IMG/VR virus record: IMGVR_UViG_3300045988_153647 | Location: 1 to 37,727 of that record | DNA from: a virus | DNA length: 37,727 bases | Strand: one strand, 5' to 3' | Part shown: in pieces, positions 15,396-24,923 of the stretch | Layout: every line of letters starts with the position of its first letter | How positions within the stretch are numbered: the stretch's first letter is position 1 | Made by a program: the position numbers and the translations under genes | The notes under the pieces: model-generated | Told to the model about the DNA's origin: nothing | What the model saw: only the letters and a program-made list of their open reading frames with translations | The model's database searches: none

Positions 15396-16602
15396 GCACC
15401 ACTACGGGCTGGTCCGTGAGCAGGAGGCCCGCGCCCTCGCCACAGCCACCCGCCACTGGCACCGCCTCGGCCCCAACTGGATCGCCGACGCGTGGGCCGA
15501 GCGCATCCCCACCGTCGCCGCCGCGATCACCAGCGCGCAGCGCACGGCGGTGGCCAGCGCCCTCGTCAGCGGCGCCCTAGCGCTCGGAGAACAAGGCACC
15601 TGGGCCGAGCCTGACGGCCTCGTCGCCCCCGACGCCTTCGCCGGCGTCACCGGCGACGGACGCAGCCTCGACACCCTCCTGCGCGCCCCCGCCATCACCG
15701 CCCGCACTCTCATCAGTCAAGGCGTGGAACCCGCCCAGGCGCTCGCGGCGGGCTCCCGTCAGCTATCGATGATGGTCCTCACCGAGGTCGCTGACGCGGG
15801 CAGGGGCGCGGCGGGCGTACAGATCGCAGCCCGGCCACGCGTCGGCTACGTGCGGATGCTGAACCCCCCGTCATGCTCGCGCTGCGTCATCCTCGCAGGC
15901 CGTTTCTACCGCTGGAACCAAGGCTTTCTACGGCACCCCCGTTGTGACTGCACGCATGTGCCCACCATGGTCACAGACCAGGCCGAAGCCTTCGCAAAGG
16001 GTCTGATCGACGACCCGTACGAGGCTTTCAAGCGGATGAGTGAAGCCGAGCAGAACCGCGTGTTCACGAACGCGGGCGCCCGCGCTATCCGCGACGGCGC
16101 CGACATGTATCAGGTCGTCAACGCCCGCCGCGGCATGAAGTACAGGGGAGCCTTCACATCTGAGGGCACCAGCAAGCGCGGGTGGGCAGGCCAGATCCTA
16201 CGGCGTGGGCAGAAGCGTATGACGCCGGAGACGATCTACCGGCTGAACACCAACCGTGAGCAGGCCGTTGAGGCCCTGCGCGCTCAGGGATACATCACCG
16301 GGCGCGGGCAGGTCATCGGCGGCGCGCTGCGTGGCCAGTACGAGGCCACCTATGAGGGCCGACGGATGACAGCCGCCGAACGCCGCGTCGCGATAGCCAC
16401 ACGTGACTGGCAGGACGTGCTGGGCGGCCTCAACCCGTGGACGCCCGCAGCGCAGGAACGCCACGGCGGTGCCCGCATCGGCGGCGCTGACTACCCCCTC
16501 ACCCCGCAGATCGCCGCCGAAGTCGAGGCCCGCTACTACGCGGCCATTGCGACAGGCGGCGAACTGACACGGATGCGCGCCCTCCTGCGCGCCGCCCACT
16601 AA
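15370..16602 (+). CDS. MuF-like minor head (head morphogenesis) protein
   Basis: 410 aa after the portal. SCSRCVILAGRFY...RHPRCDCTHVP matches the C-x-x-C ... HP-x-C-x-C signature of SPP1 gp7/MuF-like proteins. Confidence 0.7.
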   Translation: MASIPPAIEHHYGLVREQEARALATATRHWHRLGPNWIADAWAERIPTVAAAITSAQRTAVASALVSGALALGEQGTWAEPDGLVAPDAFAGVTGDGRSLDTLLRAPAITARTLISQGVEPAQALAAGSRQLSMMVLTEVADAGRGAAGVQIAARPRVGYVRMLNPPSCSRCVILAGRFYRWNQGFLRHPRCDCTHVPTMVTDQAEAFAKGLIDDPYEAFKRMSEAEQNRVFTNAGARAIRDGADMYQVVNARRGMKYRGAFTSEGTSKRGWAGQILRRGQKRMTPETIYRLNTNREQAVEALRAQGYITGRGQVIGGALRGQYEATYEGRRMTAAERRVAIATRDWQDVLGGLNPWTPAAQERHGGARIGGADYPLTPQIAAEVEARYYAAIATGGELTRMRALLRAAH

Positions 16603-16671
16603 GCCACCGACTCGCGCCGCGACGGCGCGGGCGGCCCACTCGAGCGATTCGAGAAAGGAACACAACACCCC

Positions 16672-17181
16672 ATGTCCACCGAAACCACGCCCGACCAGAC
16701 GCCGGACACCAACGCCCCCGCGCCCGCCGCTGAGGAGACCCTCAACGAGGGCGGTGTCAAGGCCCTGCGCGCCGAACGCGAAGCCCGCAAGGCCGCCGAC
16801 GCGCGCGTCAAGGGCCTCGAAGCACAGGTTGCTGCCCTGTCCGTCAGCCTCGAGGAGACCAAGACCGCCGCCACTACGGCAGCGGAGCAGGCCGCGACGC
16901 AGGTCACCGACCTGCAAACCCAGCTCGCCCGCCTGCAGGTCATCCACGACAAGGCCGTGCCCGATGCGCTCGCCGACTTCCTGCAGGGAAACACCGCCGA
17001 GGAACTCACGGCATCCGCCGAAAAGCTCCTGGCCGCGATTCCCACCCCGGCCCCGACCCCTGACGCGTCTCCCGCGCCGCTGGCTATGCGTCCCGACCCG
17101 TCTCAGGGAGGCACGCCCGAGCCGGCAACCGCCACGGACGCGCTGACGGCCATGTTGGTCGAGGCCGTCGGTGGGCGCTGA
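16672..17181 (+). CDS. scaffolding protein
   Basis: 169 aa, Ala/Glu/Lys-rich coiled coil (KALRAEREARKAADARVKGLEAQVAAL), located directly upstream of the major capsid gene. Confidence 0.65.
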   Translation: MSTETTPDQTPDTNAPAPAAEETLNEGGVKALRAEREARKAADARVKGLEAQVAALSVSLEETKTAATTAAEQAATQVTDLQTQLARLQVIHDKAVPDALADFLQGNTAEELTASAEKLLAAIPTPAPTPDASPAPLAMRPDPSQGGTPEPATATDALTAMLVEAVGGR

Positions 17182-17233
17182 TATCTGAGCAGCCCATACT
17201 CACCCCACATCTCACGCTCGAAGGGAGCACCCC

Positions 17234-18145
17234 ATGGCAATCACTGCCGCAAAGAAGCTGGTCGATTTTAACGGCTTTATTAAGCCTGAGTTGGCCGGCC
17301 CCATTTTCGATGAGGCCGCCAAGGGCTCGGCAGCTATGTCCCTCATCCGCAAGGTTCCGCTCGGAGCGTCCGGCCAGGCTTTCCCCATCGTGACCAGCAA
17401 GCCCACCGCGAACTGGACCGCTGAGGGAGCCAAGAAGCACACCACTGAGGCCGGCATCGGCCTGGTGACAATGGAACCCAAGAAGCTCACCGCAATCGCG
17501 GTGGCCTCCCAGGAGGTCATTCGCGCCAATCCGGGCGGATACTCGGAGACCCTGCAGGGCCTCCTCGCCGACGCGTTCGCCCGCGCTTTCGACCTGGCTG
17601 TCTTTCATAACAAGGGCGGCGACGGGTCTGGTACGTCGCCGTTCGATACCACCCTCGCGGCCACGACCAAGACCCTGACCCTGGGTGCCACCGCCGGGGC
17701 CAATACCTACGATGACATCGTGAAGGCAATGGCCCTGAACCTGCAGGGAACTCCCAAGAAGCCGGTCAACGGGTTTGCCCTTGACACGGGGTTCGAGATT
17801 GACCTTCTGAACGCGAAGGACACGGCTGGCCGCCCGCTGTTCGCGGAGGCCGCCTACACCGGCGCCGTGCCTGCACTGCGCTCGGGTTCTCTCCTCGGTC
17901 GCACCACTTACCTGCACGAGAACGTGGGTCTGGACAAGATCGTTGGCTTCACCGGCGACTGGACAAAGTGCGCCTGGGGCACGGTCGGCGGCATCACCAT
18001 GGACATCTCCACGGAAGCTGCCGTCACAATCAACGGCGAGCTTGTTTCGCTGTTTGAAAACAACCTTGTCGCGATCCGCGCCGAGGCCGAGTACGGCTTC
18101 GCGGTCGCTGACAAGGACGCGTTCGTCAAGATCGCACGCAAGTGA
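17234..18145 (+). CDS. major capsid protein (HK97 fold)
   Basis: 303 aa. Position, size and sequence (FIKPELAGPIFDEA...SAAMSLIRKVPL...LTAIAVASQEVI) are typical of HK97-type capsid proteins. Confidence 0.85.
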   Translation: MAITAAKKLVDFNGFIKPELAGPIFDEAAKGSAAMSLIRKVPLGASGQAFPIVTSKPTANWTAEGAKKHTTEAGIGLVTMEPKKLTAIAVASQEVIRANPGGYSETLQGLLADAFARAFDLAVFHNKGGDGSGTSPFDTTLAATTKTLTLGATAGANTYDDIVKAMALNLQGTPKKPVNGFALDTGFEIDLLNAKDTAGRPLFAEAAYTGAVPALRSGSLLGRTTYLHENVGLDKIVGFTGDWTKCAWGTVGGITMDISTEAAVTINGELVSLFENNLVAIRAEAEYGFAVADKDAFVKIARK

Positions 18146-18279
18146 CCGCACTGGTCGTTCACTTGACAAGCCCGACGGGCGACAACGTCGCCGTGCCCGC
18201 CAGCCAACTCCACCTGTGGGAGCGCCTCGGGTACGTGCGACGTGACCCCGCCGGGCAACCCGCCACCGCTGACAACTGA
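18142..18279 (+). CDS. possible small ORF (45 aa) between the capsid and connector genes
   Basis: GTG overlaps the capsid stop (GTGA). The frame is open to TGA 18277-18279. It fills an otherwise non-coding 145-nt gap and is too short for the ORF track. Confidence 0.3.
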   Translation: MTALVVHLTSPTGDNVAVPASQLHLWERLGYVRRDPAGQPATADN

Positions 18280-18290
18280 TAGGGGGCCGC

Positions 18291-18698
18291 GTGGCCTACG
18301 CGACAGTATTTGATGTGGCGACCACCCTGGGCCGCCCCATCACAGACCCCGACGAGCAGAACCAGATCACCAACTGGATCGCCAAGACGGAGCGCATCAT
18401 CAGCGCCCGCCTCGGAGACCTGGACGCGCTTGATCGTCAGATCCTCGCCGACGTCATCAGCGAGGTCGTCGCCCGTCGCTCCCGCAACCCAGACGGCAAG
18501 CGGAACGAGCGCATTGACGACTACAGCTACACGCTGGATGCCGCCGCGAGCGCCGTGGAGCTCACACTCACCGATGCCGAATGGGCGCGCCTCAGCCAGG
18601 ATGGCTCCACGTCGGGCGCATACATGCCGGTCCTGGCCCCCGCGCCCTGGCTTGGGGGCCGCGACGCCGACACGACGCCGACGGGGGGCTGGGCATGA
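18291..18698 (+). CDS. head-tail connector (gp6-like adaptor)
   Basis: 135 aa. The N-terminal YATVFDVATTLGRPITDPDEQ...I pattern is typical of phage head-tail connector proteins, and it is the first gene after the capsid. Confidence 0.6.
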   Translation: MAYATVFDVATTLGRPITDPDEQNQITNWIAKTERIISARLGDLDALDRQILADVISEVVARRSRNPDGKRNERIDDYSYTLDAAASAVELTLTDAEWARLSQDGSTSGAYMPVLAPAPWLGGRDADTTPTGGWA

Positions 18699-19078
18699 GC
18701 GCGCGCACCGCCGTAATCGCGGGCCGCAAGGCCGCCGAAGCCCTCATGATTGACCGGGCGACCGTCACCCGCCCGACCGTCACCACAGGCCCCGACGGCC
18801 TCGACCAGGTCACGGAGACGCCCGTATGGACTGGGCCTTGTAAGGTGCAAACCTACGAGGCTCACGAGACCGCGGCGAACGCTGCCGGTGCCCTCGTCAC
18901 CCTGCAGCGGTACTCGATTCACCTCCCGCACCACGTGGACGTCGTAAGGGTTGGCGACCTGATCCGCGTCGCCGGCTACCTGAGCGTCTTTCGCGTTACG
19001 GGTCTGTTCGACAAGACTCACGTCACGAGCAGGCGTTTCCAGGTGGACGTCGAGACCAATGGAGATGATCTCCTGTGA
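18695..19078 (+). CDS. head-tail joining / head closure protein
   Basis: ATG 18695 overlaps the upstream stop. 127 aa. Called from its position in the connector module. Confidence 0.5.
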   Translation: MSARTAVIAGRKAAEALMIDRATVTRPTVTTGPDGLDQVTETPVWTGPCKVQTYEAHETAANAAGALVTLQRYSIHLPHHVDVVRVGDLIRVAGYLSVFRVTGLFDKTHVTSRRFQVDVETNGDDLL

Positions 19079-19464
19079 CTGGTATCGAGATTGACACGAC
19101 CGAGGTCAGGTCATTAGCCGCCGACGCGACCCGGATGCCTGGTGAGCTGTCCCGCTGGCTGCGGCCCGCCGTGAGCAAGGGAGCGCTGAACATCAAGCGC
19201 GCAATGCAGGCCGACCTCGAGCAGTCGGGCAACGCTGGTATACGCCACGTCGCACGCAGCATCTCCTATGACCTCACCGACACCGGCACGACCGTCGAAG
19301 CCGAAATCGGCCCCGACAAACCGTCCGGCGCGCTGGCAAACATCGCGTACTTCGGAACATCGAGGGGCGGCGGCCACACCCGCGACCCCATCGAAGCACT
19401 GAACGAGGAGGCCGAGGAGTTTCAGAAGGCAATCGCCGACATCGTGGAGGACATATGGGGCTGA
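19075..19464 (+). CDS. HK97 gp10-like tail-completion/neck protein
   Basis: 129 aa with an overlapping start. ...IGPDKPSGALANIAYFGTSRGGG... resembles the gp10 family as I remember it. Confidence 0.5.
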   Translation: MTGIEIDTTEVRSLAADATRMPGELSRWLRPAVSKGALNIKRAMQADLEQSGNAGIRHVARSISYDLTDTGTTVEAEIGPDKPSGALANIAYFGTSRGGGHTRDPIEALNEEAEEFQKAIADIVEDIWG

Positions 19465-19889
19465 CACTCACCATCATGACCCAGATGCGCGAACGCCTCG
19501 CCCCCCTCACGTCGGCCGGCCAGGCCGTCAAGGCGTTCGTCGGCGACCCACCCAGCAACCCCGGCCTCCCCTTCATCTTCGTGTGGGGACCGCCCACCCT
19601 GGCCGCGTCCGAGGCCATGAGCGGCTGCGGCGGCGACGTCGACGTACGCCTGCACGTGCAGGTCGTCGCCGCGACGACAGTGAACGTCCTCGCGCTCGCG
19701 GACGATGTGACGGCGCGTCTGCGCGGCTGGGCGCCCATCGTCGAGGGGTGGCGCTGTTTCCCGCTCGCGCACGTCGGAGTGACGGACGTGCGCGCCGATA
19801 ACAGCACGGTCGGCGCGCCCGCGAACCGCGCGCCCCGATACTGCACGATCACCCTGCGCGCTCGCGCAACACGATTGAGAGGGGACTAA
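19455..19889 (+). CDS. tail terminator / neck protein
   Basis: 144 aa, positioned directly upstream of the major tail gene cluster. Confidence 0.45.
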   Translation: MGLTLTIMTQMRERLAPLTSAGQAVKAFVGDPPSNPGLPFIFVWGPPTLAASEAMSGCGGDVDVRLHVQVVAATTVNVLALADDVTARLRGWAPIVEGWRCFPLAHVGVTDVRADNSTVGAPANRAPRYCTITLRARATRLRGD

Positions 19890-20093
19890 ATGGTCACCGC
19901 GTACAACACCCGATCCCATGTCTTTCAGGACATTCCCGAGCACTGGATCGGGCACCCGGTCTGGGGTGAGGACTGGACGCTCACCCCGCCCCCCGAGGCC
20001 CGCGAACCCCTGTGCTGCGGCCAGGAGGACGAACCCATCGACGCCCCCGACAGTGGTGACGACACCACCAACACCCCTACTGAAGGAGACTAG
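19890..20093 (+). CDS. hypothetical protein (67 aa, acidic C-terminus)
   Basis: ATG directly follows the upstream TAA. No motif recognised. Confidence 0.4.
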   Translation: MVTAYNTRSHVFQDIPEHWIGHPVWGEDWTLTPPPEAREPLCCGQEDEPIDAPDSGDDTTNTPTEGD

Positions 20094-20095
20094 AC

Positions 20096-20608
20096 ATGCC
20101 CGGAGCAAAGACCCTCGCGGATGGTCGCATTACCCTGTGGGCGCTGACCGCAAAGCCCGCCAACATGGCGGCCCCCAAGCTGTCTGAAATCACTGCCGGC
20201 AAGAAAATCTCTTGCCGCATTATGAAGAATGACTACGCACTCGGTGCTGATTCTGACACGGAGATCACGGAGCAGGAGATGTGCAAGACCGGCGAGGGCA
20301 AGGCCCCCGGTCCCACGTCCTACGCCGGCAACATCACGGTTTTCCGTTATCTCAATGATGATGGCAAGCCGGACGTTACTGAGGATTACCTATGGGACCT
20401 CATCCGCAAGAAGGGCACCACTATCTGGTTGGCTGAACGTGAAGGCCCCGTCGAGTCCAAGGCTGCCGAGGCGGGTGACATCGTGTCGGTGTACGAGGTT
20501 GTCCTCGGCACGCCGACCAAGCCCAGCGACAGGTTCGCGGGCTATATCAAGCGCACCGCGAAGTTGAACGTCATGGACGCGGCGGAAGACGTCGCAATCG
20601 TCGCGTAA
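20096..20608 (+). CDS. major tail (tube) protein
   Basis: 170 aa, located directly upstream of the chaperone pair and tape measure, and followed by a strong hairpin. Confidence 0.7.
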   Translation: MPGAKTLADGRITLWALTAKPANMAAPKLSEITAGKKISCRIMKNDYALGADSDTEITEQEMCKTGEGKAPGPTSYAGNITVFRYLNDDGKPDVTEDYLWDLIRKKGTTIWLAEREGPVESKAAEAGDIVSVYEVVLGTPTKPSDRFAGYIKRTAKLNVMDAAEDVAIVA

Positions 20609-20615
20609 CACATCT

Positions 20616-20662
20616 CCCGCCCGGCAGGTTCCAACAACGGGCTGCCAGACCTGCCGGGCGGG
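20616..20662 (+). terminator. Perfect 14-bp stem hairpin (cccgcccggcaggt / acctgccgggcggg) after the major tail gene
   Basis: Inverted repeat read directly. There is no U-tract. It is probably an attenuator or RNA-stability element that sets tail-tube stoichiometry. Confidence 0.5.
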
Positions 20663-20718
20663 CACACCCACCAACGGCAGCCCAGACCCCACCCGATAGC
20701 TACACATAGGAGCATGGC

Positions 20719-21246
20719 ATGGCAGCCGACGATGAGCTCACGATGAGCGACCTCAACTTCACGCACACCAACCCTGACGCGTCCGTTACCCCTGAGACGT
20801 TTGACCTCGCCGCATGGATCGCGGGTGTCACCCCCGTGGAACGAACAGTGACCGTGTACGCTAACGGCCGCCTGTTCGCAGACCTGTCCGCCCTCGAGGC
20901 CCAGTACAACGAGGCCAAGGCCGCCGTGAACGTTGACGACATGCGCACCATCAAGGAGCAGATGCGCGAGGTCGCCGACCAGATCCGCGCCTCAGCCCTG
21001 GACATCACCGTGCAGGGCCGATCAGCCGACTGGGTGCAGCGTTTCCGCAAGGAATGCGAAGACCGAGGCCTGGACGGCGACGAAACGACCCTGGAACAGC
21101 TCGCCGCACAGATCACCGCCCCGGCAGGCCTCACCGCCTCGATGCTCGCAACCCTGCGCGATCGCGCTGAACCGCAGGTAGTCGCCCTGCTGCAGGCCGT
21201 CGCCGCCGTCAACACCCAGGCCCCGCGCATCTCGGTCCCTTCCTGA
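20719..21246 (+). CDS. tail assembly chaperone (G-like)
   Basis: 175 aa, acidic, located directly upstream of the tape measure. It is followed by an ORF in the -1 frame that has no start codon. Confidence 0.7.
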   Translation: MAADDELTMSDLNFTHTNPDASVTPETFDLAAWIAGVTPVERTVTVYANGRLFADLSALEAQYNEAKAAVNVDDMRTIKEQMREVADQIRASALDITVQGRSADWVQRFRKECEDRGLDGDETTLEQLAAQITAPAGLTASMLATLRDRAEPQVVALLQAVAAVNTQAPRISVPS

Positions 21247-21587
21247 CGGAGTGCCTGGACCGGCCCGCGGCCACGTGGCTGGTCCGGGCGCTCCGAAGCG
21301 CGAAGAAATGGGGCCGACGGCCGACAGAGTTCCTGGGAGTCCCCGGCGACTCGTGGTGTGAACTCGACAGCACTCTCGCGGGCGCGCTCGACATGTACGA
21401 GGACACCCGCGTCGGCTCGTACGGGTACCCCAAGCGCCTCACAGAAGGCGATTATGAGGGGTACTTTGAAGTTGAAGAGCGCCAAGATAACGCTCAGCTT
21501 GCGTTGGACATTTGGCGCAAACGCAACAAAAACGGGCCGTCGCCAGGTATGGTGCCTCGCGTGATATTTACCGGAACCGAGGAATAA
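21171..21587 (+). CDS. -1 frame extension of the tail assembly chaperone (T-like part of a G-T fusion)
   Basis: Frame 0 (-1 relative to 20719..21246) is open from 21171 to TAA 21585-21587. It has no ATG or GTG start before 21393. The overlap window with the G frame is 21171-21246. Confidence 0.6.
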   Translation, partial: TAGSRPAAGRRRRQHPGPAHLGPFLTECLDRPAATWLVRALRSAKKWGRRPTEFLGVPGDSWCELDSTLAGALDMYEDTRVGSYGYPKRLTEGDYEGYFEVEERQDNAQLALDIWRKRNKNGPSPGMVPRVIFTGTEE

Positions 21588-21641
21588 AAAGGGGCGTCGC
21601 TCCCTGACGAATTGGCGCGTTGGCGCGCAGAAAGGACAACC

Positions 21642-24600
21642 ATGACCGAACGCAGCGTCAAGGTCACACTGCGCGCCAACGTCGCCGACTTCAACCGCCA
21701 AATCAAGAGCGCGTCAACCAGCCTCGAGCAGCTCGCCGCCAAGGGCGACCCCACCGGCAAAGTCGCAGAGACCACCCTTGGACGCCTCGCACAGTCCGCT
21801 CAGCTACAGCGAGCCGCCTGGGACACCGCATCCACCGCCATGGTCGGCTACGGTGTCGCCACGGCCGCCGCCGTCGGATACGTCGTCAAGTCGGCCGCGG
21901 ACTTCGACCAGGCCATGAGCAACGTCCAGGCCGCCACCCACGAGTCCACCGAAAACATGAACCAGCTCCGCGAGGCCGCGATTCAGGCGGGTGCGGACAC
22001 TGCGTTCAGCGCGTCCGAAGCCGCCGGGGCAATCGAGGAGCTCGCTAAGGCTGGTGTGTCGACGACTGACATCCTGGGCGGCGGTTTGAGTGGGTCGCTT
22101 GATCTGGCTGCTGCGGGTGGTCTTGAGGTCGCTGACGCCGCTGGTATTGCGTCCGTGGCCCTGACGCAGTTCAAGCTCTCTGGGTCGGATGTCGGCCACG
22201 TCGCCGACCTCCTCGCCGCTGGTGCGGGCAAGGCCATGGGTAGCGTGTCTGATCTTGGGTCTGCTTTGAAGCAGTCGGGTCTTGTCGCCTCCCAGACGGG
22301 CCTGAGCATTGAGGAAACAACGGGCGCCCTGTCTGCGTTCGCCGCGGCTGGCCTCCTCGGGTCTGACGCGGGTACGTCGTTTAAGACGATGCTCCTGAAC
22401 ATGACTCCGCAGTCGAAGAAGGCCGCGCAGTACATGGATGATCTCGGGATCCACGCGTATGACGCGCAGGGCCAGTTCGTCGGCCTGGCCGCCTACGCGG
22501 GTCAGCTTCACGACAGCCTGTCGAAGCTGACCGCAGAGGACCGCCAGACTGCGCTCAAAAATATGTTCGGGCAGGACGCTATCCGCGCCGCGTCGATCCT
22601 GTACGAGCAGGGCGCCGAGGGAATCCAGTCGTGGATCGACAAGGTCAACGACGCCGGCTACGCGGCCGAGACCGCTCAGGCTCGCATGGACAACCTCAAC
22701 GGCGACCTCGAGAAGCTCGGCGGCTCCTTTGAGACGCTGTTCATCAAGAGCGGTAGCGGCGCAAATAGCTTCCTGCGGTCCGTCGTGCAGGGCGCAGAGC
22801 AGGCCGTCAACGCATTCAGCGCGCTACCCGCGCCTGTTCAGCAGGGCGCCCTCGGCCTCGCCGCATTCACATCCGCCGCCGCCCTCGCCGCCGGCGGGGG
22901 TATGAAAATCTTCACCATGGTCATGGACGTGCGCACCGCCATGCAATCACTAAACGGGTCAATCCCGTTTATCACGCGCATCATGGACGGGTTCAGCGGC
23001 ATGCGCGCCGGCCTCTCCGAGACGCGCACCGCCATCGGCGGGTTCGGCACCGCGTGGGTCACCGCCCGCGCCAACGGCGTCTCCAACATCAGCGCGCTCG
23101 CGCAGGCTGCGACACCGGCCCTGTCTGGTATCGGCAACGCCGCGAAAGGCGCAGGAAACGCCCTCCTGGGCGCGTTCGGAGGCCCGTGGGGCCTGGCCGC
23201 AACCGTCGCCGTCGGCGGTCTCGTCGCTGTCCTCGGCGAGTACCAGGCCACCCAGGCCGCCGCCACCGCGCGCGCCAAGGAGTACGCCGGTAGCCTGGAC
23301 CAAATCAGCCACGCTGCCACCGACGCGACCCGAAATTTGGCGTTCAAGAACCTGTCCGAGAGCATCGAGGTCATGGGCCTGACCGGCAAATACCAGACCG
23401 ACCGGTCACCCATCAAGGCGTTTAAGGAGCTGGGCGGCGACATCAAGGACTTTGTGGACGCCGCCGCGGGCAGCGAAGAAGCCATGAACCGCGTCCAAGC
23501 GGTCTTCGACCGCTACAACGCCATGGCTGACAGCGTCGAAAAGAGCAATCTTGCTGTCGCCTACGGCGACGCAAAACGCGGCCTCGACGAACAAACCGAA
23601 GCACTCAAAGCAGCCAAGGAACAAAACGACCTGGCCGCCGAAGCAGGCGCGGGCAACGCATCCGCACAAGACCAGCTCGCGTCCTCAGCCAACAAGGCCG
23701 CACAGGCCATGGAGGACCAGGCCAAGAAAACCCAGGACCTGATCGACGCCCAGAAGACCCTACAGGACATCATCCTGGGCGAACGCGGCTCATGGCGAGA
23801 CCTCTACGACGCCATCGACTCCGCAAACGCAGCCGTCGAAAAAAACGGCCAGACCCTCGACATCACCACAGCCGCAGGCCGCGCCAACCAGGCCGCCCTC
23901 GACGACCTCGCCAAGAGCGGCTGGGAACTCGTCGAATCCATGGAAAAAAACGGCGCCACCATGGAAGACATGCAAGCCGCAATGCAGTTGACGCGCGATA
24001 ACTTCATCAGCGTCGCTCAATCCATGGGCCTCTCATCTGACGAAGCCGCCGCGCTCGCGGATCAGCTGAACCTCATACCCACCAACATTGAGTCGCATGT
24101 TACAGCCGAAACGGAGGCGGCTAATGCGTCTGTTGATGCGTTTATCGCATATGTGCAGGCTCAGAATGGTGGCACTATTACTATCAACGCGACAAACGAT
24201 AGCGCGATCACCACGATCCTGGAAACGCTTGGATATGCGCAAAACCAGGATGGCACGATTGATATCGATGCCAATAAAGACCCTGCTATTGCGCAGCTTG
24301 TCGCAGCTGTCGGCGAGGTCGATGCGGCAACAGGAACCGTCACGATCGACGGAAACAACGAAGAGGCGAACGCCAAGCTCGACGCTATTAAGGCCGCGAT
24401 TGACGGGTATAACCCGTACGTCAATATCAATGCTAATGACTATGTCAGTAGCGTGATGAGTGGCATTAAGGCCGCGTGGGACGGCCAGACCTGGACCATC
24501 AATATTGTGGGGAATTACTCACAGAATGGTGGTCCGTCTGCGCAGGCCGACGGGTCTGTCTTGTCGTTCTACGCGGGTGGTGGTTTCCACCGCGAGCAGC

Positions 24601-24923
24601 ACGTCGCGCAGATCGCCCCTGCGGGGTCCTGGCGCGTGTGGGCTGAACCGGAGACTGGCGGTGAGGGCTACATTCCTTTAGCCAAATCTAAGCGCAAGCG
24701 CAGCGAGGCTATCCTCGCGCAGATCGCCGACATCTTCGGTGGAACGTATATTCCCGGCGCAGCGACACCCTACGCAACAGGCGGCGTCGGCGGCGGATCT
24801 GGCGCTGGCCTGTCTGGCGCGTCAATCCACGTGACAGCCCTTGTCACCAACCCCTGGACGGGTGAGGAGACGCGGGCTTTCGCCCGGACTGAGGCCGTGA
24901 AGGTTGTGAGGAGCGTACAGTGA
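21642..24923 (+). CDS. tape measure protein
   Basis: About 1093 aa, the longest gene, Ala/Gly-rich with helical and hydrophobic central segments. It follows the G/T pair. The ORF is open from 21612, but ATG 21642 has a better-placed GAAAGGA. Confidence 0.9.
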   Translation: MTERSVKVTLRANVADFNRQIKSASTSLEQLAAKGDPTGKVAETTLGRLAQSAQLQRAAWDTASTAMVGYGVATAAAVGYVVKSAADFDQAMSNVQAATHESTENMNQLREAAIQAGADTAFSASEAAGAIEELAKAGVSTTDILGGGLSGSLDLAAAGGLEVADAAGIASVALTQFKLSGSDVGHVADLLAAGAGKAMGSVSDLGSALKQSGLVASQTGLSIEETTGALSAFAAAGLLGSDAGTSFKTMLLNMTPQSKKAAQYMDDLGIHAYDAQGQFVGLAAYAGQLHDSLSKLTAEDRQTALKNMFGQDAIRAASILYEQGAEGIQSWIDKVNDAGYAAETAQARMDNLNGDLEKLGGSFETLFIKSGSGANSFLRSVVQGAEQAVNAFSALPAPVQQGALGLAAFTSAAALAAGGGMKIFTMVMDVRTAMQSLNGSIPFITRIMDGFSGMRAGLSETRTAIGGFGTAWVTARANGVSNISALAQAATPALSGIGNAAKGAGNALLGAFGGPWGLAATVAVGGLVAVLGEYQATQAAATARAKEYAGSLDQISHAATDATRNLAFKNLSESIEVMGLTGKYQTDRSPIKAFKELGGDIKDFVDAAAGSEEAMNRVQAVFDRYNAMADSVEKSNLAVAYGDAKRGLDEQTEALKAAKEQNDLAAEAGAGNASAQDQLASSANKAAQAMEDQAKKTQDLIDAQKTLQDIILGERGSWRDLYDAIDSANAAVEKNGQTLDITTAAGRANQAALDDLAKSGWELVESMEKNGATMEDMQAAMQLTRDNFISVAQSMGLSSDEAAALADQLNLIPTNIESHVTAETEAANASVDAFIAYVQAQNGGTITINATNDSAITTILETLGYAQNQDGTIDIDANKDPAIAQLVAAVGEVDAATGTVTIDGNNEEANAKLDAIKAAIDGYNPYVNINANDYVSSVMSGIKAAWDGQTWTINIVGNYSQNGGPSAQADGSVLSFYAGGGFHREQHVAQIAPAGSWRVWAEPETGGEGYIPLAKSKRKRSEAILAQIADIFGGTYIPGAATPYATGGVGGGSGAGLSGASIHVTALVTNPWTGEETRAFARTEAVKVVRSVQ

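Noticed and set aside
21393-21587. An independent 64-aa gene starting at ATG 21393.
   Set aside because: The same frame is open for another 220 nt upstream, back into the chaperone gene, and the position matches the conserved G-T frameshift arrangement. Independent initiation cannot be excluded without proteomics.
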